The notes below the pieces were generated by a model. It worked only from the letters and a program-made list of their open reading frames with translations. It had not been told where the DNA came from and ran no database searches. From positions 1-38,364 of the forward strand of contig CAJVPI010000258.1 in assembly GCA_910592345.1 (NCBI GenBank): a stretch of DNA of 38,364 nucleotides, read 5' to 3'. Position numbers and translations under genes: made by a program. Of this stretch, positions 1 through 12,900 are shown piece by piece. Origin of the DNA: Paraglomus brasilianum. Taxonomy: Eukaryota. Position 1 is the stretch's first letter, and each line of letters begins with the position of its first letter.

Positions 1-161
1 AAAAAACCCCCTTGTGTAAAATTATCATTTGATCCACGTGACAAAAAATCCGGTGATTTATGGTAGGGTAGTGTATTTGTCTACTCGAAGTCCTCCCTCA
101 CTCGAACAACCTCCCTCGACTTCCTTGATTCCACTGGACACGCCATCTGCAGCTCAAAAAC

Positions 162-669
162 ATGGGCAACGTATGTGAGTCTCTTCATAATACATTCAGT
201 CTGAAAGTATTCGACAAAATAAATTCATATGATGAACGGCCAAGAAACTATACAGGGCCAAAAAGCTCAACATAAGCGTGAACGCAATGCGAAAAATACC
301 GACAAGAATAAGGCTACTAGCCAGTTAAAGATGGTGAGTTTCGTTGATGGCTGAGTGGGTATGATAAAAGGATTGAGGTCTTTAACACTTTGTCAACTTT
401 TTTTTTTCCATACGCACACTTTTATAAGAATCAAGCTGCAAGAACAGTAATTTGTACAGTGTGTCGCAATACTTTCTTGTGCACAGTAAGAGCCAAAGCG
501 TAAGTTGTTTACCAAGTGCTGTCGTTCGCCCAAAACTTTACATGCGGTCATTATTACTGATTCTACATTGGATACTTTATTTAGTCTAACAGAACATGCT
601 CAGAATAAGCACAGTAAAGAGCTTCTAGACTGTTTTCCCGGATTCGTCGAAATAAATGGGGGAAAATAG
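162..669 (+). CDS. Small C2H2-type zinc-finger protein, At2g23090/ZNF706-like (DUF1909-type), 4 exons
   Basis: Exons 162-170, 256-333, 429-499 and 585-669 with GT-AG introns splice to MGNGQKAQHKRERNAKNTDKNKATSQLKMNQAARTVICTVCRNTFLCTVRAKALTEHAQNKHSKELLDCFPGFVEINGGK*. The MGNG-x-KAQ-x-KRERN start and C-x2-C...H-x4-H...CFP pattern fit this family. Absent from the ORF track. Confidence 0.88.
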
Positions 670-1120
670 ATTCAATATAGTTATAGAAACGGGCTCATCG
701 AAGTCCATAATTGCGGCCTTCCCACTATTTACAAGTAACCGTTGTCGTATTGACTTGATTCGATCGGCCTCGCGTGTTATCTTTCTCATTTATGGCACAA
801 TTATATTGTGAATAAAGATTCACGCATCAAATAGAGAACTGCTCACTCAAAATAAGTTAGCTATTTGTGCTTACGGCTGTGACTACTAATATGAGTGAAG
901 TCGGCTCTGATTTTCGCCTGTCAATTTGATAAATTACAAAACTTTGGCATACACAAATATGTACCAACGCAATGGCCGCATTGCCAAGTATATGGTCTGT
1001 TTTGGGGTTTTTTTTACAATTGCATTTCATAGCTTTTATTTATCGTTAACGCATCTCATTAGCGGTTAAATAGTATTTTGTGGGAATGTGACAAGAATTT
1101 TGTAATATCGGAAGAACAAA

Positions 1121-2878
1121 CTATTGGACTGTCTGTACTACGTCCTTCTTTTGAGGGATGTGAACTTCAAGATACTTGATCTCTCCTTCCAAGTCCTATT
1201 GGGAAATAAGGAGTCTTGTTAGGCTTGGACTGGTAAACTTGGAACAATAAAGGCTGAAAAAGCGGTTTATCTCGATACTTGCCTTACAATACTCATCCAA
1301 GGGAAGATCGTTCTTATCATAGCCGAACGGATTCTCAATTTCGGCACCTATGATAAAGAGATGGATTGTCGTTAAAAAAATTACTGCTTACTGGGCAAAC
1401 TGTAATATCGAAAGACATTAATTCTTACCGATGGCTTCCACACCAAACAGCACAAAGGAAATCAAAAAGATGGCTGGTATAGTGAGCCATCCGAGTTCAG
1501 GGACCAATGTGAAAGGAAGAGTCCAAACGTACAGGGTCACAGCTTGTTTCCTATTCAGTAAAATCAAAAAGGTGTCAAATTCTTACTTAATACATCATTA
1601 TGCTACCATCGAGCGTGTTGATGAGTTCAATTCTTATTCAACTTACAAATGAATGTTATAAGCATGAGGAATAGGTGTATTTCCAATACGCTCCAAATTA
1701 CCAAGAATTTCGATCAAAACATTCATGGTTCCCGAAATAAATCCGAATCTAGAACCATCCAACTTATTCTCACGGAACTTAACATCAAAGGCCAATCCCA
1801 AATTGTAAACGATTTCCAATGGCAAGCTCATGCTGGGCTGGACATCGTCACCCCAGTCTTCAACAATTAAATTCACTTGACTGCCATGGTCGCTATGATA
1901 TCCATACGTAGGTGGTAATCGACCTGCAACATTCCTTAGAGGAGCTCGAACGTATGTGGGACTCCGTTTAGGAATAGTTGGTTGATTATTAGAATTTTCC
2001 GGATTATCACCACCAGTTTCCGTTTGATCAGCATTGCCCTCGAATCGAGTGAATTGGAAGCCAGGGGGGAGAATGTCTTCGAGATCTTCCCAGTGCGTAC
2101 CAAATTCGAGACGCAAATGATGTTTGACAGCTACGGCATAGGCAAGTAGAAGTTTGATGATTTGTATTTTTTCAGCATGATCCTCTTTGGAGGTTTCCTC
2201 AACGCCGATCCATACTGCACGAGCACAATTACGGATTTGCGTACTGCAGCAAAGAAAAAAAAACAACTTTCATGTTACTAACAGCTTAAACAATTAATGT
2301 GAACTGGAGCGCTTATTCAACAACGAAAATTGGTTGCAACTCGTGTTGAAGTCGAGAACAAAAAAAACAAAACAACAACTTACCACATACTGGAGAACAG
2401 TTTTCGACCTTCATAATAACGATCATAAGCATTGTTGGTACGGAAAGCCAAGAGCAGACCAACCACCACAGCAACGGAACCAACTACAATGATAGAGGAG
2501 ATTTGTCTAGTAGATGAAATATACCGAATACTATTGAACGTAGATTATTACACTTATGTGCGTATGTAATAAGACGTACTTAAACTGCCCGGTAAACTAA
2601 CATTATAGCCATATACGAGGTATAAAGTACATATTCCAGTGGTAAACAGCGTCGAAAAGGTCACGACTGGGATAACAGACCAGAGCACCTAGAAACCCCC
2701 GGATTTAATTATTAGCATTAGAAGCTAGTACGGGAAGACCAATATATATACACTCTTGGATACTCACAGAACCCCTAAGTTGCAAAACATCGGGATAACC
2801 CCATCCTCGATAAGCTTTCAACTCACTAACGAAGCCTTGCCTCTTTCGAGGGTTTTGCATTCTAGGGTTAATCGGCAT
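1121..2878 (-). CDS. Bestrophin / UPF0187 (RFP-TM) anion channel, 7 exons
   Basis: The spliced product contains YPDVLQLRGS, GLLLAFRTNNAYDRYYEGRKL, AVAVKHHLR, LERIGNTPIPHAYNIHL and EIENPFGYDKNDLPLD. ATG at 2878, TAG at 1121-1123. The last intron (1196-1282) is GC-AG. Confidence 0.9.
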
Positions 2879-5351
2879 CTTGGCTTATTTTTCACGTTGC
2901 TCGTAAAGAAAAATCGTCACAACACGGTGAGCTTGGAAATAGATTTCCGCGGGCATCAATGCTTTTTATGCTATCCTGTTAGGGAGCGTATCTATGTATA
3001 CGAAGAATAAGCTTCTGGGTTGCTAGTGTAACTTTGTTGAGTAGGGTGCATTTGGGCGTCAAGGCGTTATATCTTTTCAAGATGAGAAGTCGGGGCAGAA
3101 CACAGCCTCGATAAAGGACCTGTTGATTGGTTATATAGCCGGGTACAAGGTATGTCGCGTGTGGTAGCGTTTTGAGTGGTGAGTAAACTTTGATGCTGTG
3201 TAGCGTAAATGATGAGTTGATAAGCCAGTCATGTGAAAAAATAATAAGGCGAAACCATTAAAATGTGGTTAATATTAATTAACAATGGGGGAACAGTGAA
3301 AACGCCACACATAAATTTCAGGGGATCGAATAATAATAATAATAATAACAAGTTGATCGATCTATCATCATCTTGTATCGCCCAAAGACACCCGGACCCT
3401 GGAAACAATAGTAGTCCTCCCTTCAAGCTACGCCGCAACGAAGTCACGTTTTCCCTAATTTCTGCTAGTACTACGACTGTCGCCAAATTTATCCTATATA
3501 TTATCCGGATGATTACGCAAAGTTCTCACCCGGCTAAAAGAAGACATGAACTAATGATTCGACAAACTAATATTTTATTTTTTCATGTAAATTTTGTTAA
3601 CAGACTATTAAAAAAACAAATTTTTTCTGCATTGCTTGTTTACATCTAACATCCAATCACGTCTTCGTACCAAGAGCGGTCATTTTATGCGAACCAAGCT
3701 TAATACTTGATTTATACTTGATTTTGAATTTAGTAAATGGCTTTTTGTTTTGCATTCACCCTGTTATGTAATAATGTCCTTTGATCCATAATGAGGTAAT
3801 TGCTCATTTAGCAGAATGAGATGTGAGTATTGGCGATTTTTTTAAATGTCTATTAACTTGTAGTTTGCGTAATTCCGTAACTACGGAGCGTATCATTCAT
3901 CGATCAGTTTATTCTTTAATATGTTTCGGCCTTGAAATGTAAAGTTGATTATTTTTCTGTGCTGGTTCGGGGAGTGGCTAAGCCAGGTACGTCACACGAT
4001 AGTACGATTACGCGATAGAACACATCCTTCTAAATACTTGGCTGGCAATAAATCAACTGACAGTACAATCTATTGTACTGTATATAGCTATAGAAGTCGT
4101 TCCCAACACGTAATTTATTTTTTCTTTCCTGATACTCTGTTTGCTAATATTGCGTATTAGATATCTCTTGCTTCTACTGAGAAAATGCAACGGACTAATT
4201 TGAGAGAAAGAGGGAACGAGTTCCATTTTTTAAAATCTACAATAATCATTAGAGACTAGTAAGAATCCATTTGAAAGCTCAGCTTATTTCATTAATACAA
4301 GAGCAGACTATTTGGTCCGTACTTTCGGAAAATATTCCTGTCAGTTTTTGGTGTATCTCTCTTTCATTAATCAAGACACCATATCGATAGCAATTATGTG
4401 GCGTTCAGTATGTATGTTGAACCCTGAAATCTTTCTGTGATACTTGATACGTCGAAAATTTTACAAAGAACAAAAGATGTGATTGTCACAAGTGATTGGT
4501 TTCAGTATATTATTGATTGTTGCACTAATCAAATCAAGGTATATTAATATCTAACCCTATTTGGAGCTAGTAGATCAAGATATGGGACGGGCAATAAACT
4601 TCCCTGCTAAGCTTGGACCGAATCGGAACAATATGGACGAACAATGAAGCTTGCAGAGTTCCCGCACATAAAATTTATATATAGCAAGCGTTTGGGATAG
4701 CTTCAGTTTCTTGTAAAAAGACTGTATTTCGGGTCAGGTACGACTTCGCCTGCAGATTGCACAATCAAACCCCCTATGCCAAACCCCTATCTATGCACAG
4801 TCTCTTATATGCGATCTAATAATCCAATTCGACCTCCCTAATTATACCAGAAAGCATTTCTTGTCAAAAAGCCATGTTAAAAGCAAGGAATTTGAGACAC
4901 GGATGACCAGCTTATTTATTGTCACGTGTTTACACAATAATAAAGCATCGTACAATCTAATTGTTTGTTTTAAAGAATTAATTATAATTAATAATGTTAG
5001 TATTAGTATTAAACAGCTGTATTTCAACGTTAGTCGCTCATCTCGTGACATTGTTTTCCTTAAAATTGGATCCCGTGACCAAATATCGCGTACCAACTTT
5101 TTACGCCTTGGTTATTGCTTGTAGTATAAAAGTTCCTCGCGATAGCATTGCTTGTAGTAATACTGTCAACATCATGGAAATGGCAAATATAACCAGCCTG
5201 CTACAGAGGTCATAATAGTAATCTACAGCTACGGAAAACAGTGTCCGATAGAATAAAGCGTTAACAAGAAGATGATGAAGCAAAGGAAGAAGCAGCAATT
5301 GTGGAAGAAGCCATAGAGGAAGAACTAATAGAATGGTCTGTGAAAACATAT

Positions 5352-5401
5352 TACTAGCTCTCCAAGCTAGTACTACCCTTCGGCCACTCGGGCACACTTT
5401 C
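5352..5401 (-). pseudogene. Truncated tRNA-like fragment (5' half only; Ser, anticodon GGA)
   Basis: The minus strand reads GAAAGTG TG CCC GAGTGGCCGAA GGG tagta CTAGC TTGGAGA GCTAG. This gives a 5' acceptor strand, a D-arm, and an anticodon stem with a 7-nt loop centred on GGA. No T-arm or 3' acceptor strand follows. Confidence 0.45.
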
Positions 5402-7030
5402 AGTTTCTTTATTTATAGTAAAGTTTGATGTAAATAAATATATGTATATATATTTTTTTATAAAAAAATATACTATGCAAAGCAGGCTAACATACAAAAG
5501 CGGAAATACAAAAAAAAAAGGAGCATTTTCGTCCATCGCTCTCTCTTCGCAAAGACCTCGGTCGCGGTATAAAACCATATACGCACGAATAAAACAGCCG
5601 TCATTTCTTTACATCTTTTTCTTGGCCATCATTACGAGTAACAGACTAGTCCAATTATTAACGGCCAAGGAGAACAGTTGTTTGCGTTTATTATGGTAGA
5701 CTTTGATACAGTTGCCTACAAGTGAATTGTTCAAAATGTAATTATTAATATCATCCATAGTCAGCGTTTCTTGCCCGATCGTTCTGTAGGTAGGTTTACC
5801 CACGATGTTATTTAATAATTGTAATCAATCGGGGATACTGTAAGTTTGAGCTTGAAAAAGTCAAACGTGTATTGCGTGTTATTCGTGGTGTGTTGGCGTA
5901 TGCAAATAGTCCGTCATATAGACCGGATCGCGATTATCTTACCCCTTTGCAAGAGTCGGTCTTGGATATTTGTGTCAAGATGGATATGACAGTACCCGGA
6001 ACTCCTGCCGAAATGTTACATATATATAGGTGACATGAGTATTTGGAAAAAGGTTGAAAAGTGAAGGATTCTGTTCAAGATAATCAGGATAGTCTCAGCG
6101 GATAGTAATATAGAAAGATTTCAGCATGAACCAGTTTGAGAGGAGTTCCCATCTCTTCTCCACTCAAGATTGTATACGAAGAGCTGGTGATTGTCGAAGC
6201 AATGGTACCATAGGGCACTTTTACTTTCACTTTTCGAAAGGGCAACAGAGTTCTTGAAAATCTCTGTAGGCTGTGTATACTATGTAAGTAGCAACGATTT
6301 GAATATCGTTATGAAACTGGTTTCTTGTGCTTTTCGAAAAGAATAATGATAAATTAAAATGTATTGCCATTATATTACTGTAATTTGATAAAGTGCTAGT
6401 GTATAAGAAAACATAATTTATATGTGCAAGCTATCTACTCCACTTCATCGAACTGGGTGTAGAACAATCCATTATTAATTCTTTCAAGGGTTTCTTCGAT
6501 TGTTTCGTAGCCATCGCCGGACTACTATATGAACGTTAAAATTCTAATAATTTCTTATAATATTAAGTTCAAGACACCATACACATTACTTGACTGGAAT
6601 TACGCGAGAGGAGATTAGCATCAACATGTAGTATGCCAACACCAGTACGACAATCTTTTCGTTTTATGCCAGACTTGTGAAGTGTTCTATAATACTAACG
6701 AGCATAGTAATAGAAGGAAGAAACAAGCTCAGTGCAATATCATTGAAACATCAACGTATAGATATTTCTCTCGGAAAGCATTGTAAACTTACAGTAGTTA
6801 GTAGTGGCGGAAAATAATAAATATTTTAAAATTTTATTTCTCAGTTGAGGTGCATTTATTTTGAACAAGAACATGAAGTTATAAAAATAAAAATTTAGTG
6901 ATCAATTATTAACTCTTCTCTTTCAATAACGGCCTCTATTACCTTTCTATGCTAGAACGTAAATTCGTTTGAATAATCATAAAAAGTCACTAATTAATTA
7001 ATTTTTTTTTTGTAGAATACATTGATTTAC

Positions 7031-7585
7031 CCTTTTCCCCATCTTTGTCTTCATTATTGCCCATAGAGTTCAGGTGAGGTAACTAAAAAAATTAATAAAA
7101 AATTTGTTGGACTTTTTCTTTGAGCAGCTTTTTTACCAACTTGGTTGTGTGCTTTGGATCTTCATCTTGTTGGAAATTTATAATTTTTCTATCAGGGTTG
7201 TATTGATGCATTTGAGAAAATATATACTGTAAACAAAACCAGACAAAGTGAACATTTGATTATGTGAATCAAAAATGGTCAGTTATGATGGGACTAATTA
7301 TGATCATCCCCTTCATCTACATCAACTATCTTTTTGAGTGTCACACACAATTCATTGGTTGTTGGTTCTAACCCTTTTACCACAATAATAATAATAAGTG
7401 TGCATCCATAGCATAATAATGTTATATGGGGCAGACTGCAACAAAACCAGACAAAGTGAACATTTAATTTTATCACATGAACCAAAAATGGCTTTGGCCC
7501 TATTACTATGGACTAATGCATTTTTAAATCTAATTATAAAATTTTTAATATGGGGCATGCTGCAACAAAACCAGACAAGTGACTT
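7031..7585. mobile_element. Scrambled Tc1/IS630-like transposase remnants
   Basis: The minus strand from ~7175 encodes FQQDEDPKHTTKLVKKLLK and, after breaks, TLWAIMKTKM. These match the Tc1 FQQDNDPKHT and NLW motifs. The plus strand has three copies (7232, 7440, 7564) of AACAAAACCAGACAAAGTGAACATTT-like sequence encoding TKPDKVNI; the 7440 copy continues, after a frameshift, into KNGFGPI. Confidence 0.65.
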
Positions 7586-7830
7586 GGGACGTCAAATAGA
7601 CTCGTTTTTTATCCTTTCTCTGTTCCATGGCCTTTCTGCTATTCAATATCCTCCATAAGTGTTGGAAAGTTGAAAGTAATGTAACAAGTAGCTGTCCGAT
7701 ATTTTTTAGAAACCAATTATTTTGTGATTTTTCTATTCTGGTGTTACGGCAAGCTGATCTGAAGAATCAGATAAGTGAGTAACCCATGATCAACACTAAT
7801 TTTAGTCCAGTTTCACAAATATTTAGAGTA

Positions 7831-9185
7831 CAATCGAACCGAAGTGTCGGCCATGATTCGGTATAACGAGACATTCGGTATAGTGAGGTCCCTCTATATA
7901 ACGAAGTTAGGCCTAAGGTCAAGTAATATTCGGTATAATGAGACTTATGCGAATAATATCTTTACTTCAATTTACAAACAATAATACATGAATATAATAA
8001 AACAGTTATACTAATCAGTAACAAATGAATCTATTCGAGTTTGTTTTTGCTTTGCAATACTATGCAATCCACCTTTCTCGAAAGGCTTTTTAAATTCATC
8101 GTAATTTATTTCTATGTCACTTTGTTGAATGCCGTTTCAAGTGCGACTACTGCATCTTTAGTAAAGACGGTAGAGAGATATTTCGAGTTACTTTCATCAT
8201 CGCCTTCCTCTTCTTCTGCGGGAAAGAATAAAGAAACAATTTCGTCATCTGTTGACTGAAGAGAAAAAACAATAGATACGGCTGATCAAAATATTGGCAC
8301 ACAAATATGGCAGCTAAAATCATACTACAGTAAAACCTCCATAAATGCAACCTCCATAAGTGCAATCCCTCTCTAAATGCAACATTTTGCTCGGTCCCAA
8401 GCTTGGGACTTAGTGAATAAATGCAACCCTCCCTTTTCTGCAATGCAACGGATTTGCGAGTCCCGTTCTAGTAGATTTATTTCTCTAAGTGCAATTCACG
8501 TGATTCACGTAATGATCAACACAATGTAGCTGTAGCACAGATTTGTTACAATATCAACATCACTATTCGGCATTATTTGAGTTTTATGTGAAGAATTGCT
8601 ATTTTCTTTATTCAGTGTTTGACTTCATTCTGTTTACAATAACTTTGAAACAGAAAGATTTTAATGAAACAAAGCAGTATTACCCAATTCTTAGTTAACA
8701 ATTAGGGATCTTGATAGTCAGATTTTTTATGTAACTTTAGCTGGAATTATAATAAAGGAAAATCTGTTTAATAGACGCAAATCGTTAAAATATCCTTTCC
8801 AAATAAGGAAACCTCCATAAATGCAAAACCTCCATAAATGCAACGTAGCACTCGGTCCCAAGGCGTTGCATTTATTATTATGGAGGTTTTACTGATATGC
8901 AGATATCGAATCGTGTACCCGAAGTTCGATTGCTTTATACCGAAGTTTTATCACGTGATACACATCTAAAATAGTGATTGGTTGTAGCAGATGAGGATCA
9001 TACGATTTTTGTAATTTAGAACTTTATTGCCTAATACTAACTGATCATACGATTTTTGATCATACGATTTTTACTATTAATATTAAATTCGTTATAACGA
9101 GGGAATTTTACTATTTAAAAAACGGGAGAGCCAGAATTCCTTCGGTATAACGAAAATTCGGTATAATAATAACGAGGTTCGACCG
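7831..9185 (-). mobile_element. Degenerate pogo/Tigger-like DNA transposon (outer element)
   Basis: Termini TA|CAATCGAACC and GGTTCGACCG|TA form imperfect inverted ends flanked by TA. TTCGGTATAACGA-like motifs repeat near both ends. The minus strand at ~8255-8010 encodes STDDEIVSLFFPAEEEEGDDE...DAVVALETAF...KQKQTRIDSF with stops and a frameshift, typical of a pogo-family transposase C-terminus. Confidence 0.65.
8328..8894. mobile_element. pogo/Tigger-like non-autonomous element nested in the previous element
   Basis: The left end is TA|CAGTAAAACCTCCATAAATGCAAC and the right end is GTTGCATTTA(TTATTA)TGGAGGTTTTACTG. CCTCCATAAATGCAA and CTCGGTCCCAA motifs recur internally. An internal remnant MKQSSITQFL lies at ~8663. 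Confidence 0.8.
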
Positions 9186-9979
9186 TATATTATTAATATC
9201 CTCTTTTCAGTTTGCTTAATTATGTTATTAGAGAAAATACCGGCGACAGCCGTAACTATTAAATATCTAAACGCTTTACCGTTTTCAATTGAAGTAGGGG
9301 TTAATATAAAAAGATAGATTGCAGTATGCTTCGGCGTTTGTTTGGTAAGACAATGTAACGATGAATTTTAGGTAGTCAAAGGCTGATTGTTTAACCTTTT
9401 CACTCGCCTGTTTGCGCAATGTACATCCAGAGGGTTACAATCAACGTTAACAGTGCTTCATTGGCACAAAGAACATAAACAATATTTAGTAATAAATTGG
9501 TTACGCCAGCGATTTCTAGATCGTGTCGAGGGGAAGTGAAGGTCATCATGTTCCCTCATCGGGTGGGCTTAGAGGTTCTGGATTTATTGTTTTAAGCGTC
9601 TGCATATCCACTCTGCAGAGATCGTTGTATAACAAGTTCTAGAATCAACATGCCATATCTGATCGCTTAATAGTCGAGTATCTTTACACAAATCTCACAG
9701 ATCGCTGGATTGAGATGGACTAGACTTTTTCGTTCTGTTGAACATTTATATGCTAGCGGCTCTTGGGAAAGAATATCAACAACCGTCCGCCTCCTTTCCT
9801 AAAATATCTTATTTTGGCTGGTCGAGATAATATTTAATTGTTTGTAGTATATTTGCTGATCATTAAACTATCCCGTGATCGTTTATCGCATGGTGTGTAA
9901 CTTTGTATGACGATTGTTTGGACAAATACTTTCCAACGGGAAGGCGTTATTCTTCGACCTCTTTTCATAAGCTTCTGAC

Positions 9980-12900
9980 ATGGAGAACAGACGTCATCAT
10001 AAACGTACCTTTACAGGCTATGGACCGAATGATATGAAAAAGGAGTTGTCTAAATGGAGGCCGGAAGTGGTTGAGTTATGGGAAAAGTGTTCTGTTCCTG
10101 AGGCGATAGGTATGTGGTTCATTGTATGCATTATAATATATATAACGTACAGACACTATCAATGTACTAAAGCTAAACTATTTAATGTTGCTTTCAGATA
10201 AGGAAACATTCCAGAAGTCATTCATCCGTCATGTTAATACTACTCTGGCGAGGTCAATCTACAATGTGGACAACTTCAGTGCATATCAAGCAACAGCACA
10301 TGCGTATGTAAAAGCTTCAGTTTGCTAGTCGCCAATTATTATAGCGAGATCTGTCAATTATTGATCGACCATCTGTTATACAGTGTACGAGATCGTCTAA
10401 TTCAGCGCTGGAACGAAACTCAGCAGGTGAATAGAAATGGTTCAAGAAAGGGAGCATTCGTTCTCGAAGAAAAGATCTAAACATACCGACTTGCTTTACA
10501 CAGACTCGTGTAACGTAATACGATATCACGCGTCAAAATTTACTAACCTACCCATCGTGCAAATTTCTAAGATTCATACAGAGAGAGATCAGAAGCGTGT
10601 TTATTACTTGTCTCTCGAATTTCTTCTGGGTAGATCGTTAGATAATGCATTACTCAATCTCGGACTCAAGGATGCCTTTGGTGGTACGAATTACATGTCT
10701 AACACAAAACAAGAGATTCGTATACTCTATTGATCGCTTTGTACTTTCTTAGAGGGTGTTAAGGAACTGGGTTTCAAGATGGAAGACATATTAGGTCAAG
10801 AAGTCGATGCTGCTTTGGGTAATGGCGGTTTGGGTCGTCTGGCCGCTTGCTACATGGATTCCTTGGCTACTCTTTGTTATCCCGCTTGGGGTTATGGTGT
10901 TAGATATACTTATGGTATTTTCCAGCAAAAGTAAGTGGTGATGGGCAATAGGATGGAATACACGTTTATTCTAAACTGACGAATACGTATCGTAGAATCG
11001 TAGATGGTTATCAAGATGAATTCCCTGATTATTGGCTTAATTTTGATAATCCATGGGAACTTCCCCGCGTAGACATTGTAGTCGACGTAAAATTCGGTGG
11101 GCATGTTAACAAAATCACAGAGGGTGATACTGTTCGTCATGAATGGGTTGGCGGGGAAACTGTGCAAGCAGTTGCGTACGATGTCCCTATCCCCGGTTAC
11201 GGAGTGAAGAATTGTATTAACATTAGATTATGGAGTAGTAAGCCAAGAAGGAAGTTTGATCTTGGCAAATTCAATGCTGGAGAATACGATCAGGCTGTGC
11301 AAGAACAAATGAAAGCAGAGTTTTTGACCGCGGTGCTTTATCCTAACGATAATCATATGGTTGGGAAGGAATTGAGATTGAAGCAACAATATTTTTGGGT
11401 TGCTGCTAGCTTGTATGACATGTGGGTAGAGTCTGTAATAGTAATATGCCAATGTAAAGGTTGAACATACGGAGGATCAATAACGTTCGTCGTGTACATT
11501 GTAGAGTTCGTCGGTTTAAGAAATCTCAGCGTGATTGGAATGAATTTCCTGATCAGGTAATTTATGAATGCTTAATTATGCGTTATGGAACGGAGAGTTT
11601 AGAATATACTTTCAAACTTACTTGGGCATTATTCGTTTAGGTTGCTATCCAACTTAACGGTAGGAAAGGTTACAAATTATCAAATCAGGTTTTCTCGCTT
11701 ATCGCTCACTTAATATGACTTATTAGATACACATCCAACACTCGCTATTGTTGAATTACAAAGAATACTTGTGGACGAAGAAGTAAGTTGTCTTCATGCT
11801 ATTTGACTACTTTTAGCAAAGTTCTTGATAGCGGTTTTATGAGTAACGCGTGGTCAATTTTCTCCACACTTTATAGCGTCTCGGCTGGGACGAAGCATGG
11901 GAAATTGTTACCAACACATTCGCATTCACTAATCATACTGTGTTGCCAGAGGCTATGGAGAAGTGGCCTGTTCCTACGATGAGTCAGTTGTTGCCCAGAC
12001 ACATACAGATTATATTCGATCTCAATTTGGTATGTATAGCAATATCTTGAATACTGGTCACAAAAAGTGTATTAAGACATATTTACGATCATTCTCGTCA
12101 TTTATAGTTTTTCCTCCAAAAAGTAGAGAAATTTGCTCCCGGTGATCGCGATTTCCTCGCGAGGTTGTCAATCATTGAGGAAAGCACGCCACAATACGTT
12201 AGGTAAAACCTTACTTGACATTTGAGATTCGACTAGTAAACCTAAATTCACCACTGATTTTGAAATTTATTTTTAAATCCATAGGATGGCTCATCTCGCA
12301 ATAGTCGGTAAGTACTTTACATAGTATTAAATATGCCGGCATCACTTTATTCACACCAATATTACGATAGGCTCTCACCGTGTCAACGGAGTGGCTAAAC
12401 TACACTCAAAACTTATCAAGGAAACGGTGAGTGAATAAACGTTATAATCTGTGTGACTGTATTGCGGCGGTATTAATGTCCTTTAACACTGTATCGATGT
12501 ATCAGATATTTAAAGATTTCGTCAGGTTTTACGGACCAGATAAATTTGAAAACAAGACAAATGGGATTACCCCCCGAAGGTAAAAGGGGAATTTTGCCTT
12601 TATCGTAACAATCCGCGCGTTCCATGGCGACCCAATCTTTAAACCTGTTTTGTTTTTTTGTTTTTTTCGTAGATGGCTTCACCAAGCAAATCCAAAACTC
12701 AGTGAATTAATAAGTGAAACTCTTGGCCATAAAGATTGGTTGAAAGATCTATCACTTTTAAAGAAACTCGAAGAGTCTGTTAATGACAAAGAGTTTAGAC
12801 GTCGCTGGATTGCTGTCAAACACTCGAACAAAGTAAGAATTCCAAAGTACAGTTTTCATGTATCGAAAGCGGAATCAAAACCACTAAGCTGTCAATATTG

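Noticed and set aside
3263..3649. 128-aa ORF with a poly-Asn run
   Set aside because: The poly-N comes from an (AAT)n microsatellite in the bestrophin upstream region, and the remainder has no family motif or splice support.
6600..6660. RTGVGILHVDANLLSR as a retrotransposon RNase H end motif (ADALSR)
   Set aside because: The similarity is short, and no RT, integrase or LTR features lie nearby.
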